Below, one piece after another: positions 26,537 to 39,070 of a DNA stretch of 64,000 bases. The notes under the pieces were generated by a model. The model searched no databases, had not been told where the DNA came from, and saw nothing but the letters and a program-made list of their open reading frames with translations. The position numbers and the translations under genes were made by a program. Each line of letters opens with the position of its first letter. Within the stretch, counting starts at the first letter, position 1. The stretch is from positions 71,734,001-71,798,000 of the forward strand of contig CM060731.1 of assembly GCA_030704615.1 (NCBI GenBank). Reading direction: 5' to 3'. This DNA is from Takakia lepidozioides (Eukaryota; Plantae; Bryophyta).

Positions 26537-26689
26537 TGGGGCAAAGGGAATCCTCCATATGGATATTTTCAATTGCATTTTGCTGTATCAGACTTTTTTT
26601 TGCAGTGTAATGAAATGCACCCCAAAACTCCTGGAATGAGGCAATATTCCATTCAAACTGAGATCCAACAGAAGCAGTTGTGGGGCCAT

Positions 26690-27125
26690 TTCTGGAAAAA
26701 TGGCGCCGAATTTCTCTTTTTGGGGCCGAAAACTGGCTAAGTCCCAACATGCACTGGTACCTGTGTCTGGGAAAATGGCGCCGAATTTCTCTTTTTTTGG
26801 CCGAAAACTGGCTAAGTCCCAACATGCACTGGTACCGTGTCTGGAAAAATGGCGCCGAATTTCTCTTTTTTGGGCCGAAAACTGGCTAAGTCCCAACATG
26901 CACTGGTAAAGTGTCTGGAAAAATGGCGCCCAATTTCCCTATTTTGCGCCGAAAACTGGCTAAGTCCGAACATGCACTGGAAAAATGGCGCCGAATTACC
27001 TGTCATGAGGGGACCTATAGCCGCGGAATTCGGCACCATTTTTCGCCAGAGAGACCTATTACCGCGAAATACGTCGCCGTTTTTTCAGGTTACGGACCCT
27101 ATTACCGCGAAATTCGGCGCCATAT
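26690..27125. repeat. Right subterminal ~74-bp tandem repeat
   Basis: GGAAAAATGGCGCCGAATTT plus a GGCTAAGTCCC half-site. GGCGCC at 26702, 26777, 26851, 26925, 26987. Confidence 0.9.
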
Positions 27126-27861
27126 TTGCACATGTCGCTGGGAATTGGCATGAGCGGAAAACAAAATATCATGAGCACAACTGTCAAAACTGCAATTTTC
27201 CCTTCAAGGAGCCGAATAATATATTTGTTTTTCCTGACACATTGCATTAAATTATTGTTTTTTATTGTTTTTTATTTTCGAAATTTGTACTTCTGCTCAT
27301 GAAAACCGATTGTCTTACTACTCCGCTCATGCCGCTCATGCTCATGAAATAGCAAACCTCCAGTTGACCATCTACCCATGCAGGTTTCTTGTAGCTATCC
27401 TTCCACAAGGAATCATAGGCAATGTTGTGCTTGAAATGTGGCCCTCTTGGATGAATCTGGACCCACACTCTATCCCTGCTCCTTCAGCTATCCATGCTTA
27501 TTATTATAAATCATGCATACATCTTTGCCTTGCTAGTAGCAACTGACAATAACAGCCTACATTTGTTCTAGGAAACACCCATCTCAACTTCTCACACTAG
27601 TTCCTATGCTCAATTGCATCTGCTACTCTCTATAATCCAACATGCATTCACCTTTTTGCCACAATTGGCCCACCATTGACTAGGGTCAGAAAAGTATGCA
27701 GGCCACAACTCCATGACTGTTTAGGGTTCACTGTCACAAATGAAAGTGTGTTTGTCAGAATTTTTCCCACCCCAACAGCTCAGTCACTCCCACCCATGCA
27801 AGGTACCATGCTGTATCAAGTCTAAACCCTGGAAAAATACATGCAATAGTAGAAACCAACT

Positions 27862-30800
27862 CTAGACCATAGCACAACTGGCCTGGTACCTCCCATGTGG
27901 AGCTTGCCTCCGCCTTCTACCATTTTGCCTCTGCCTTGCAAGTGCATTCAAGTTGGCAATGGCCAATTCATCTGCCTCACTCAAAGGAACACAAACAACA
28001 AGCTCAGTCATGATGTTATGAGGAATTTCAGGAGGCACCATGCCTACATAAGTGTCTCCCTCACCCAGTGCCACTTCTGTAATATCGTGAACCACTCGTC
28101 GGGATCGAGGGTCCTTGTGAAGGACCACCTTCCAGTTCCCTCGTGAACTTTTTTCATCCGAGAAAAAAACTTGCTCCACCTGACTAGGGAATGTCCAGGG
28201 CTGCTCCATCCGAGGTAACATGCGACTGAAGTCAACCAAGAGAAAGCCATAATCATCTCGTTTCATGGTGGCATTCCAGCCCACCATGTGTGACCTCACC
28301 CATCTACACAAGAACAGAATTGGGTGAAGAATTCCGTAATCCAGTTGAATTATTTCTGTTACAACACCCACATATTCCAATTGGGATAACACTCGTTTGG
28401 ACATACCTGCTCTGTTTTTGCTTTCCTGATGGAATACTTGAGCAACTCCAGAATCAAATGTCACCCTGTCTGTGGCGCCAGTCCCATCACGTATTGCTCG
28501 AAAGTGATTGCCGTAAGCATACATGGACTTGAAGCCCAAGGACTGTACTGCTGGTGGTATACATATATGGCATATGTCCAAATCATAGGACTCACCTGAA
28601 CTCACCTTGCGTTGGACAGCACCTTCAATCCATTCATGGAATGGAGCCAGTAAGCGCATGTCTGTTGGGTATGGAATTTCTCCATTGTGGTGGTCTTGGT
28701 CTTGTCCACAAAGGAATGTTGTTCTGAACTCAGTGCGGGATGCTTCTATGAGTGCCATCTCCTCTTCATAGGCCCTGTCCAAATGAGAATTGCAAATTAG
28801 GATTACAGCTTATACCATTGGCAGAAATGAAACACACAGGATATGATAAGCAACATACTTACTCAAGGAATGGTTTCATGCAATCTGTGTTGTGCAAAAT
28901 ATACTCGTGTGCACTGTCTCGTTCTTGAATGGTGAGGACTCGTACACTTCCCAATCCTTGAACCACCTCCCTACTAACTGAGTCTTCTTCATTGGAGTCC
29001 CACACCCTTCGGCTTGTAGCATGAAATTCAGCCATATACTCAGTTAGAAACCCTAGGGCCTCATCCAAAGCATACCCTTCCGCCATGCTCCCTTCAGGTC
29101 GGCTCATATTCCTTACATAGCCTTTTAATGTCTTCATATACCGTTCCATAGGATACATCCAACGGCTAGACACGGGACCATATACCTCCAATTCGTCCAC
29201 AAGGTGTACAAGCAAGTGAGTCATGATATCAAAAAATGACGGAGGGAATTCTTTCTCCAGCAGACACATAGTGATTGCAACATCTTCTTTTAAGGCCGGT
29301 AGCTTAGTTGGATTAATGATCTTTGCACACACTTTTTGGAAGACTCGAGAAAGCCTCATAATTGCCATCCGTGGACCCTTTCCCAATACCCCTCGAATGC
29401 AAAGAGGTAAAATCTGCTGCATCATTACATGGTAGTCATGGGTTTTCATTGTAGACAGTTTATTGTCAGCCACATGTTTCTGGAATGTGGCAGCATAACC
29501 TGTGGGGGCCTTTACTGCAGCCAATGTTTCCAAAAACAACACCTTCTCATCTTCAGTAAGAACATATGGGGCCAAAGGCTTCACCAAGTTGTTCGGGTGA
29601 GAGGGATGGGGTCTCAACCACAAGTGTTCACGAATGACATTGAGTTCCATATCCTTCCTAGATGTGGCTGTGTCCTTCTCCCCAAGAATGGTTCTCAGCG
29701 CATTCTCACACAAATTTTTTTCACAATGCATCACATCCAGTGTGTATCGGATGAGGAAGTCTTTCCAGTATGGCAATTGGTTCAAAACAGTGACCCGTTT
29801 CATGCCATGTTCCTTTGAAGGGTCCTGTTTTCCCCCCTCAGCCCCTCCCATTGCGAGATACAACTCTCTGGTTTTAGCCCGGTCAAATTGCTCACTTGCA
29901 GTGACCACCATAGGAGCTGCTCTATGTTCCACATGTCCATTAAAGTGGGACGAGTTATTCCTATAGGGATGAACAGCAGGCAAGTATCTCCTATGACCAA
30001 GATACAAAACTTTTTTGCATGCCTTCAAGTACCTGGAATCAACATTAGGGCCGCAAGCTGGGCAGGCCTTGTATCCCCCGTGTGCGCATCCTGCTAGCAA
30101 CCCATAAGCTGGAAAGTCGTGGATTGACCACATCAAGATGGCCCTCATGCAAAATGACTGTTGCCCCACTAGGCTACTTCCATCCAATGCCTCCACACCA
30201 ACTTCCCACAACAATTTTAGCTCATCCACAAGGGGCTGCAGATAAACATCTGCATTGTCATTTCCCACAGATTGTGGTCCAGGAATCAATAAAGCCAACA
30301 TCGTGAAAAATGGCTTAGTACACAGCCAGGGTGGAAGATTATAGTTTACCAACATGACAGGCCAAGTTGACCATTTGTTTGATTTATCACTGTAAGGATT
30401 GACACCATCCCATGCGAGACCCAATCGCAGATTTCTGGGGTCCGCTGCAAACTCAGGCCATTTTTGGTCAATGTGGGCCCAAGCCTTGCTGTCTGCTGGG
30501 TGCCTAACCAAGCCATCCAGACTTCGATTCTTAAAGTGCCATGACATTAACTCTGAGATGGATTTGGCTTTATACATTCGAAGCAGCCTTGGAATGATAG
30601 GGAAATGTCGAAGGACCTTACGAGGTACTGGTGTCTTCGTACTCACCACATAACGACGTGCCTGACATTTTGGACAAACCTCCAAATTCTGAAGCTCCCT
30701 TCTGAACAACACACAGCCTTTCGGACATGCATGTATACTCTCGTAATGAAGCCCGAGTTCCATTATGAGTTGTTTTGCCTCATAGTGGGACTTTGGCAGG

Positions 30801-31671
30801 CAATTGTCTGCTGGCAACAGTTGTCTTCCTAACAATGTAAGGAGTTCATCGACAAAGGTGTTTGACACACCATGGGTTTGACAAGCATTTAACAGCAGTA
30901 AGGTAGCAGACAATCGAGAGGAAGAACTCCCTACATATAAAGCCCTGGATGCCTCGTGCTCAAAACGTAAGGCACTCGCTGCACCACGATCACCATCGCT
31001 CTTCAGTCCACCATCAGTCTGCTCTGGCACTCCATCTGTGTCCCATTGGCCCTGTGTTCCATCTCCCGGTTCCTCATGTGCATCACCAGTTTGCACCCCA
31101 TTATCTATAGTTGCGAATGTCTCCCGGAGCATTCTAAGCATGTCAAGATTACGATCCAAGGTATCAGGACCACTGCAGGGCTGGTTTCCGTTCTAAACCC
31201 CTCATGTTCGTCTCCAGAGTTTTCCTGCTTAGTACATATCAGACGCCACATGTCAATCCACTATAAGATGGGGAGTTTTTTCATTTGCAATAGTGGATGT
31301 GGAACGTGCCATTATACAGGCACGTGGCAATAGGAAAACGGACATGTACAATACTCTACACCTTACAACAATACCACTACCAGGAATTTGAACTGTTTCT
31401 TATAATTTCAAAGTATGCATCTGCAAAGGGAAGAGAATCCAGAGATATGCACCGGGAGTTCTCGTAAGTTAGGATCTCGCAAGTTCAAAAGCAGATGACG
31501 CTTAGCCCGGCCAATGGTTTGCCAGTTCCCACCATGACAGGCATTGCATGGACATAGAATTTTCCGAAGACCCAGTCTTCTTGCTCGCGCTTCCTCTAGT
31601 TTCCACAATCTGTCATCGTCATGTTCTGCTTGTGTCCGCCTTTGCAATCGATGGGCAGTAGGAGGGATCAT
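27862..31671 (-). CDS. CACTA/En-Spm Tnp2-type transposase (exons about 31408-31671, 28859-31250, 27862-28775)
   Basis: ILCPCNAC N-terminal motif; IHACPKGC; DPRNLRLGLAWDGVNP; HDFPAY; LDVMHCEKN; SRWMYPMERYM; DUF4216-like C-terminus (DDYGF..FPSQVEQVFF). Long open frames. No TIRs recognised. Confidence 0.9.
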
Positions 31672-31700
31672 CTTGGCGAGTGAGTGAGACTCGTCAGGAA

Positions 31701-32292
31701 ATGGAGACCCAAATAGAGTGTCCAGAAGTTACACCAGGGCGCAAGCCTACAGCGAGGGAGGTAGAACGAGCAAAGCGTCAAGCGGAGAACAAGGCATTCT
31801 TCGCACGACTGAAGATCTACGACATTGCAAAGAGGTCCAAACTTCGGTTTTTTTCATATCCCCTACCTAGCCCTAGCCATGAAACCGCATTAAAAGCTCC
31901 AAACCTGCAGAGAGGATATGTTAGGGTTTTGCAGCTGCTGACTTTGTCTTTCTTCTTCTTTGCAGCGTCGAAGAGAGCTTGAGTCGCCCTAAACGCCTCG
32001 TTGAGGAAATCCTCAAACACACAGGTCCTCCTCGCCGAAGTCACAGAGTTCAACTCCTGCACTCTACAATGTCACAACGGGAGAAAGAGGTAGAGCAAGA
32101 GGAGGAAGCGCAGGTTCAAGCGGAGTCAGACACAGAGGAGGCACGAGAGCAAGAATTGCAGCGAGACCAAGATTATGCCGCACATGAAGACTTCAATGAG
32201 ACCAGCTCGGAGTCAGAGATGGAAACGATGAAAGAAGCCCCAACAAAGACAAAGCGCGCAAAGCACCCTGCAAACTCCCCAACCCATCAGCA
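31701..32292 (+). pseudogene. 5' fragment of a probable CACTA partner ORF, head-to-head with the transposase
   Basis: EVERAKRQAENKAFFARLKI motif and an acidic second exon. ATG about 30 bp from the transposase start. Confidence 0.4.
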
Positions 32293-33068
32293 GGTTTGCG
32301 ATCTGCACCAAAGTTCTGTCTCCATGTGCATATGAAAAGGCAGTGAGGGTAAGAAACAATTGCAGCAAGGTTGTTGGGCATGAGTCTTGCATATGAATTT
32401 GGGTGGGAAAAGGCTCACCTAAATGTCAACTCCAGTTGCCTGCTTTCTGGCTTGGTCTGGATTGTAATGAGGCCAACAGTTGTGGGGGTCATACTTCTTC
32501 TTCAACAAAGCCAGATAGACAATGCAACACTAGAGGCACTTGAAGTCCTTACCCCTAAACCCTCCAACATCTCTTTGCCAATTCAACTTGTGGACCATGT
32601 GCCTTTGTTTTCAGCAATGTGAGTGTTGGTACTCTTATGGTATGCTTGACTCTCCTTCATGATGGTATATAAATGTTGCCTCTTTTTCCTTTTTCATCTT
32701 GAACCCATAAACTGAGAATAGTGGTTTTGACTTGGTGATTGTCTCTCACCAATCCATGGACCAAGAAGAAGAACAACATGAACGGTAGTGACAAGCCACT
32801 TTGTCTAACTTCATTTTCATCATAGAGAGAGAGATTGTACTCATAAGACGTTGTTTGCTGTAGCCTTGTGGACATTGACCCCGCGCCCAGTTTGAGCGGG
32901 AACAAAAGGGACAGAACCTACCTCTGTCAGGGGCTGACGTTGGTAGTAAGACTTACCTTCATATATAGAATTAATTCGGGTTTTCCAGATATCCTCTAGA
33001 AATCCTTCTTGTATAGATTGACAATGACGCCCTGTCACCAGCGAAAGGGATCGTTTCAGTCTTCTAGA

Positions 33069-34441
33069 TCAGGTTAAAGAGGAGAAGTAGGGATTGAATT
33101 CTGTCTTGAAGTTGATGGATTGAACCGTCTCTGCCAACGCCTGATTTATGTTGACAACCCGCATGGGATCGCTACCGTGCTTGATAAGCTTGTTGACAAT
33201 ACCATCAGGTCCACCAGCTTTATATCCATTTAAATGTTCAATTGCTTCCACAATCTCAGAAGGACTAATGGGAGCGTTATAAGCCATTGAAATATACTCC
33301 AGTTCATCAGGGCTGTTTTGCATCATAGGAACAGTTTTTCCAACTGTGTCCCTCCATTCAGTAGAAGACCCCTCATTGTTAGACCTAGAAGTTATGCCAA
33401 GGATACTGTAGTTTCAAAGGTTTTGACAATGTCAACCGATGAAGTCACCACTGCACCTTTAGTAGTCTTCAGCGCTTGTTCTTGCTGACCATTTTTCGGC
33501 TTGTACAAATGTTGAAGGGCCAACCAGAATTTCTTGTCATTACCACCATGGTGGTTTGAGTTTATTTCACTGTATAACTTGTCCCAGTATAATTTCTTCT
33601 GAGACCTAACAAGCTGTTTGATATCTTTACGGAGCTGGTAGTACCTCGCCCACAATTCTCTGTTGGTTTCCAAATTGCAGCACTCTTTATAGAGGGCTCG
33701 TCTCTCAGCTATCTTGAGTTTAATCTCATTGGTCCACCAATTAACAGCTCTACCATAGACAATTAGTTTCATCCCAATGATCTTGTCAACCACGGAGGAA
33801 ACGAAACTCTCCCAAGAGTCCCCTGCTCTTTCGACTTCATTTCTTGCGTTATCAGAGCGAGACTGAAGTTCTTGGAGTGATTGGACAAAATAAGGGAGAG
33901 CCTCTTGCAAGGGCTGGACATACTCAGCCTTGACCTCCTCATTATGGAGTTTTTCTATGCGCCACTTCCGAATCGAATGTTTCACATATCTCTTGGTGTT
34001 GGGAAAACACCTTTTGATCTCATTCCAAACCAGGAAATGGTCAGAGGTACCAATATCAGTTCTGTCGATCAACACATTGGCACACTGGGGGAACAAATTT
34101 TTGTCCATTATGATATAATCCACAATGGAACGTTCCCCAGTTTGGGATTTCTCACGAGTCCACTGCACTTGGTCACCTCTTGTCCTGTTATTCAAGGTCA
34201 AAAGCTGAAGATCTTCTAGACAATTAATTAACCGTCTGCCATTAGAATTCAGTTCGTCCTCACCAAAAGGTCCAATGATATCGTCCTGATGGAGCCCTTT
34301 GCCCACCCGGGCATTGAAGTCACCCAATAGCACCACCTGACCTTTGGCAAGGAACGAAGCACAGTCCAGCTTTACATCTTCGAAGGCTTTGTCTGCATCA
34401 GCACAAAGCGTCCCCTCTGTGGGCATGTAAACACAACCCAC
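33069..34441 (-). mobile_element. LINE ORF2 fragment: AP endonuclease, linker and start of RT
   Basis: VYMP, LLGDFNARVG, SIVDYII, SDHFLV, then KAGGPDGI. Frameshifted and truncated. Confidence 0.88.
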
Positions 34442-34467
34442 AAAGAGGTCCTTCGTCCTCGAGACTT

Positions 34468-34470
<3 letters not shown>

Positions 34471-34517
<47 letters not shown>
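34471..34517. repeat. (GA)n microsatellite
   Basis: About 23 GA units at the LINE truncation point. Confidence 0.95.
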
Positions 34518-34520
<3 letters not shown>

Positions 34521-34619
34521 GTGCACTCCTGAGAAGTTGCTTATCATAGCCTTGTGGCCACAGACCTTGCCCGTGCCCAGCAGAACAAGAGGGAACAGAC
34601 ATGAGGGGCTCACTCCAGT

Positions 34620-35010
34620 AGTAGGACTTACCGTGTTATAAACATTAGTTCAGGCTTTCCAGATTCCTTTTAGAAAGCCCTTCACACAAGCATCAATATG
34701 TTGTATGTGGGCTACCAAGCAATGAGACCCCAACAAGGCCACCGCTTTAGACTCAGCCTTGAGATATTGAAAGTTGGTGAACAGAGGTGTAGGGACTATG
34801 TTCTTGATGGTCCTGAAGAGGGTCGCTCTCTGATGAGAATACCCCGGACTTGTATCAGAAAATGGACATTGTCTTCAGGCCACCCACACCAGTGAGCATT
34901 GACAATCTCCCTTTCCTCTCTGCATCTGTTTATTGTTCAAAGGTAGACTCCCCATCCTGAGGTAAAATTTTCAGTCTAGTGCCAAGGGTAGGTCTGCCCT
35001 TCAGATCATC
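34620..35010 (-). mobile_element. LINE 3' fragment (related pieces at about 32900-33010 and 56450-57830)
   Basis: Shares tgtatcagaaaat, tttcagtctagtgcc and gggtag..cccttcag with 57253-57618. Confidence 0.6.
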
Positions 35011-35011
35011 C

Positions 35012-36818
<1,807 letters not shown>

Positions 36819-37060
36819 TCAGGTCCAGAACCATATGTACATACAAAATGTCGTCTAGAAGCAACATTTGACCCATTCTGTGGCAAGTAACGATTTTTCC
36901 CTGCTAAGAACTATCACCAAGCTGATGCATACATGCTATACCTCACTTCTCAAGCTTTCAAAAATTCAGGAAAATTTCGCTCGAGACACCAATTTTCTCT
37001 CGTAGTCCTGAATACCGAGGTACTATGATCAACAAGTAATAGACGACCCAGCTTACAGTG

Positions 37061-37727
37061 ATGGGTGGGAAAGGTCTTGCAGGCCAGCGAGGGCGAAACA
37101 AGGAGGTGATCGTGGCGTCGTATCCAAATGGATTGGTGAAGGAAGAGCAGGAGAGCGAGCTGGATCTGACAGTCAAGGAAGGCTCAGACAACGTACTATT
37201 GAAGGTTTTGTACCTGTCGTTGGACCCTTACCTTCGAACGCTCATGCAAGAAACGAAAGCTACAGCCTTCCGACCCTTGGAGTTGGGCAAGGTCCGTGCG
37301 TCCCTCCCCTTCTGCAATTTCTCCCCTAGAGGTATATGTGGACCATGTCCAATGTAGCTCAAGTGTAGTCCAAAGAGGAACGGAAGAGGGTCAGTACAGT
37401 GAGAGAATGTGGCGAATTACAGGAATAATGAAAGATGATGGCCAAGGGAGAGTAATCTGAGAATTTTTTGTGTCGTTTCATGGAGCGTAGTGTTACAGTT
37501 GGTGATGATAGAAAATTTGAAATCTTTCAGGATCTTGTCATGGATGGAGCCACTTGTTTCGAGCGGGATAGCAAAGGTTATTTCTTCCGACAATCCCAAG
37601 TTCAAGGTCGGTGATTTTGTGGGAGGTCTGATGGCATTTCGAGAGTATTCACTTGCTGTGGGGGGAGAAGGCCTTCAGAAAGTTGACCCCGATTTGGCGC
37701 CTTTGTCCTACTATCTCGGTGTCCTTG
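37061..37727 (+). pseudogene. NADP-dependent 2-alkenal/double-bond reductase, exons 1-2 (opposite strand to the rest)
   Basis: RNKEVIVASYPNG..VLLKVLYLSLDPYLR; GIAKVISSDNPKFKVGDFV..PLSYYLGVLG followed by a GTAAG donor. Confidence 0.85.
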
Positions 37728-38579
37728 GTAAGCCCCTCTGCTTCTCCGACGTTAAATGTGTGAGTAGAGGGGGACAGGGGAGGAAGAACTTGAAAGTTTG
37801 TTCAAGCTGTAGTAGAGAGATATTGAGGAAAATTTTAATGTTCAACACTCGACCTACGCTGAACAATGTGGGTTGCAGTAAGACTGCAGTGACGGCGAGC
37901 TGTTGCGCAGCCTGTGATTTGTTGAGAAGCACAGCGAGTGTGTGCTTTGCTTGTAGTCTTGTGACAGAGGGAGCAGCATTTTATACATGGTGATTGAGAT
38001 TGTGGGCGAGAGGCAGCTGCACAGGGAGACGATGGAGAAGCTTGCAGTGGAGTGCAGGGGTGAGGAAGGTGCCTGGGGACATTCGTGCTGCAGCACTGCT
38101 TTCCTGGCACCATCTCATTTTGCTACTTACAAACTTACTCCGTCCGTTGTTGCCCTCATTCATTCATTCATTCCTCCCTGCCCATATGTATCTTTCACAG
38201 GTCCCAATATGGATGTGGCTTGATTTTATGGCAAGCGTGTGAGCTGACAGGTACCGCCCGCGAGGTACAGCCGGGGAACCCCCTCCCGCAGCCTCGTCGG
38301 CGAGCTGGACGCCCCGTGTCAAATCATCCCCACCCCCTCCAACCTCCGCCCGCTGCGCCCCCGGCCCCGCGCTACTCCCCCCCCCCCTCACGCCCGCCCC
38401 ACCGCTGGCCACGCGGCGCCCCACAGCACCACCCGATCTCCAGTCACGTGGCGGCCCCCGCTGTGGATCCCCTCACTGGGTTGATCCCCCTTTCCAGTGC
38501 CGGAGTGATCCCCCAACCCACATCTCCAGCCACGTAGCGCTCCCCTGAACTGTCGATCCCCTCCCCATCCATCCAACCT

Positions 38580-39070
38580 CAATCAAATGGGGCGGCGGCC
38601 GGATGAAGGCACCATGACGCGTCCATCACCACGTGGCGCTCCCCCCGCCCTCAATCCCCTCCTCCCATCCACGGCGCGCCCCGAGACGTCGCCACTCCCC
38701 CGACATGCCTTGATCCCCCTTCCGGACCCGGATGATCCCCCAACCCTAATCACCCGCCACGTACGGCTCCCCGGACAATCGATCCCCTACGCATCCATCC
38801 AAACCTCACAAACAATGGATGATGTGGGTCATCGGCCCCTCATCCCCCCGCCATCCTCCCGCGTAGGGGATGGACGACGGCCGGATGAAGGGCCGATGAT
38901 AGTGATAGGCCACGTGCCTCTCCCCCACCATCGATCCCCTATTCCCATCGACGCCCTGATCCCTCGAGACGTCGTCGCTCCCCCGACGTGCCTTGATCCC
39001 CCTTCCGGACCAAGAGTGATCCCCCAACCCTAATCGGCCACCACGTGCGGCTCCCCCGGACCGTCGATCC
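38580..39070. repeat. GC-rich imperfect direct repeat (about 290-bp period)
   Basis: ggccggatgaagg..ccttgatcccc.ttccggacc..gatcccccaaccctaatc occurs twice. Confidence 0.65.

Larger units (their letters stand above)
10232..27358. mobile_element. Mutator-like DNA transposon (MULE), 17.1 kb including an internal duplication
   Basis: Perfect 9-bp TSD TCCAGTTGA at 10223-10231 and 27359-27367. The empty site is visible in the paralogous copy at about 5950-5970. Short imperfect TIRs share TGCTATTTCATGAGC and CATGAGCGG repeats. MULE transposase inside. Confidence 0.93.
7688..27710 (-). pseudogene. PPR gene with N-terminal OSB-type PDF motifs, interrupted by the MULE at 10232-27358
   Basis: PDF-motif halves at about 27650-27710, 27370-27460 and 9940-10030. 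Degenerate PPR motifs (NALVDMYAKCGSI, GKxVHGFIVK) at 7690-9930 with many frameshifts. Confidence 0.75.

Noticed and set aside
14349-27358. Nested insertion of a second MULE into the first
   Set aside because: The right end is followed by the outer TSD (TCCAGTTGA), not by a duplicate of the sequence before 14349.
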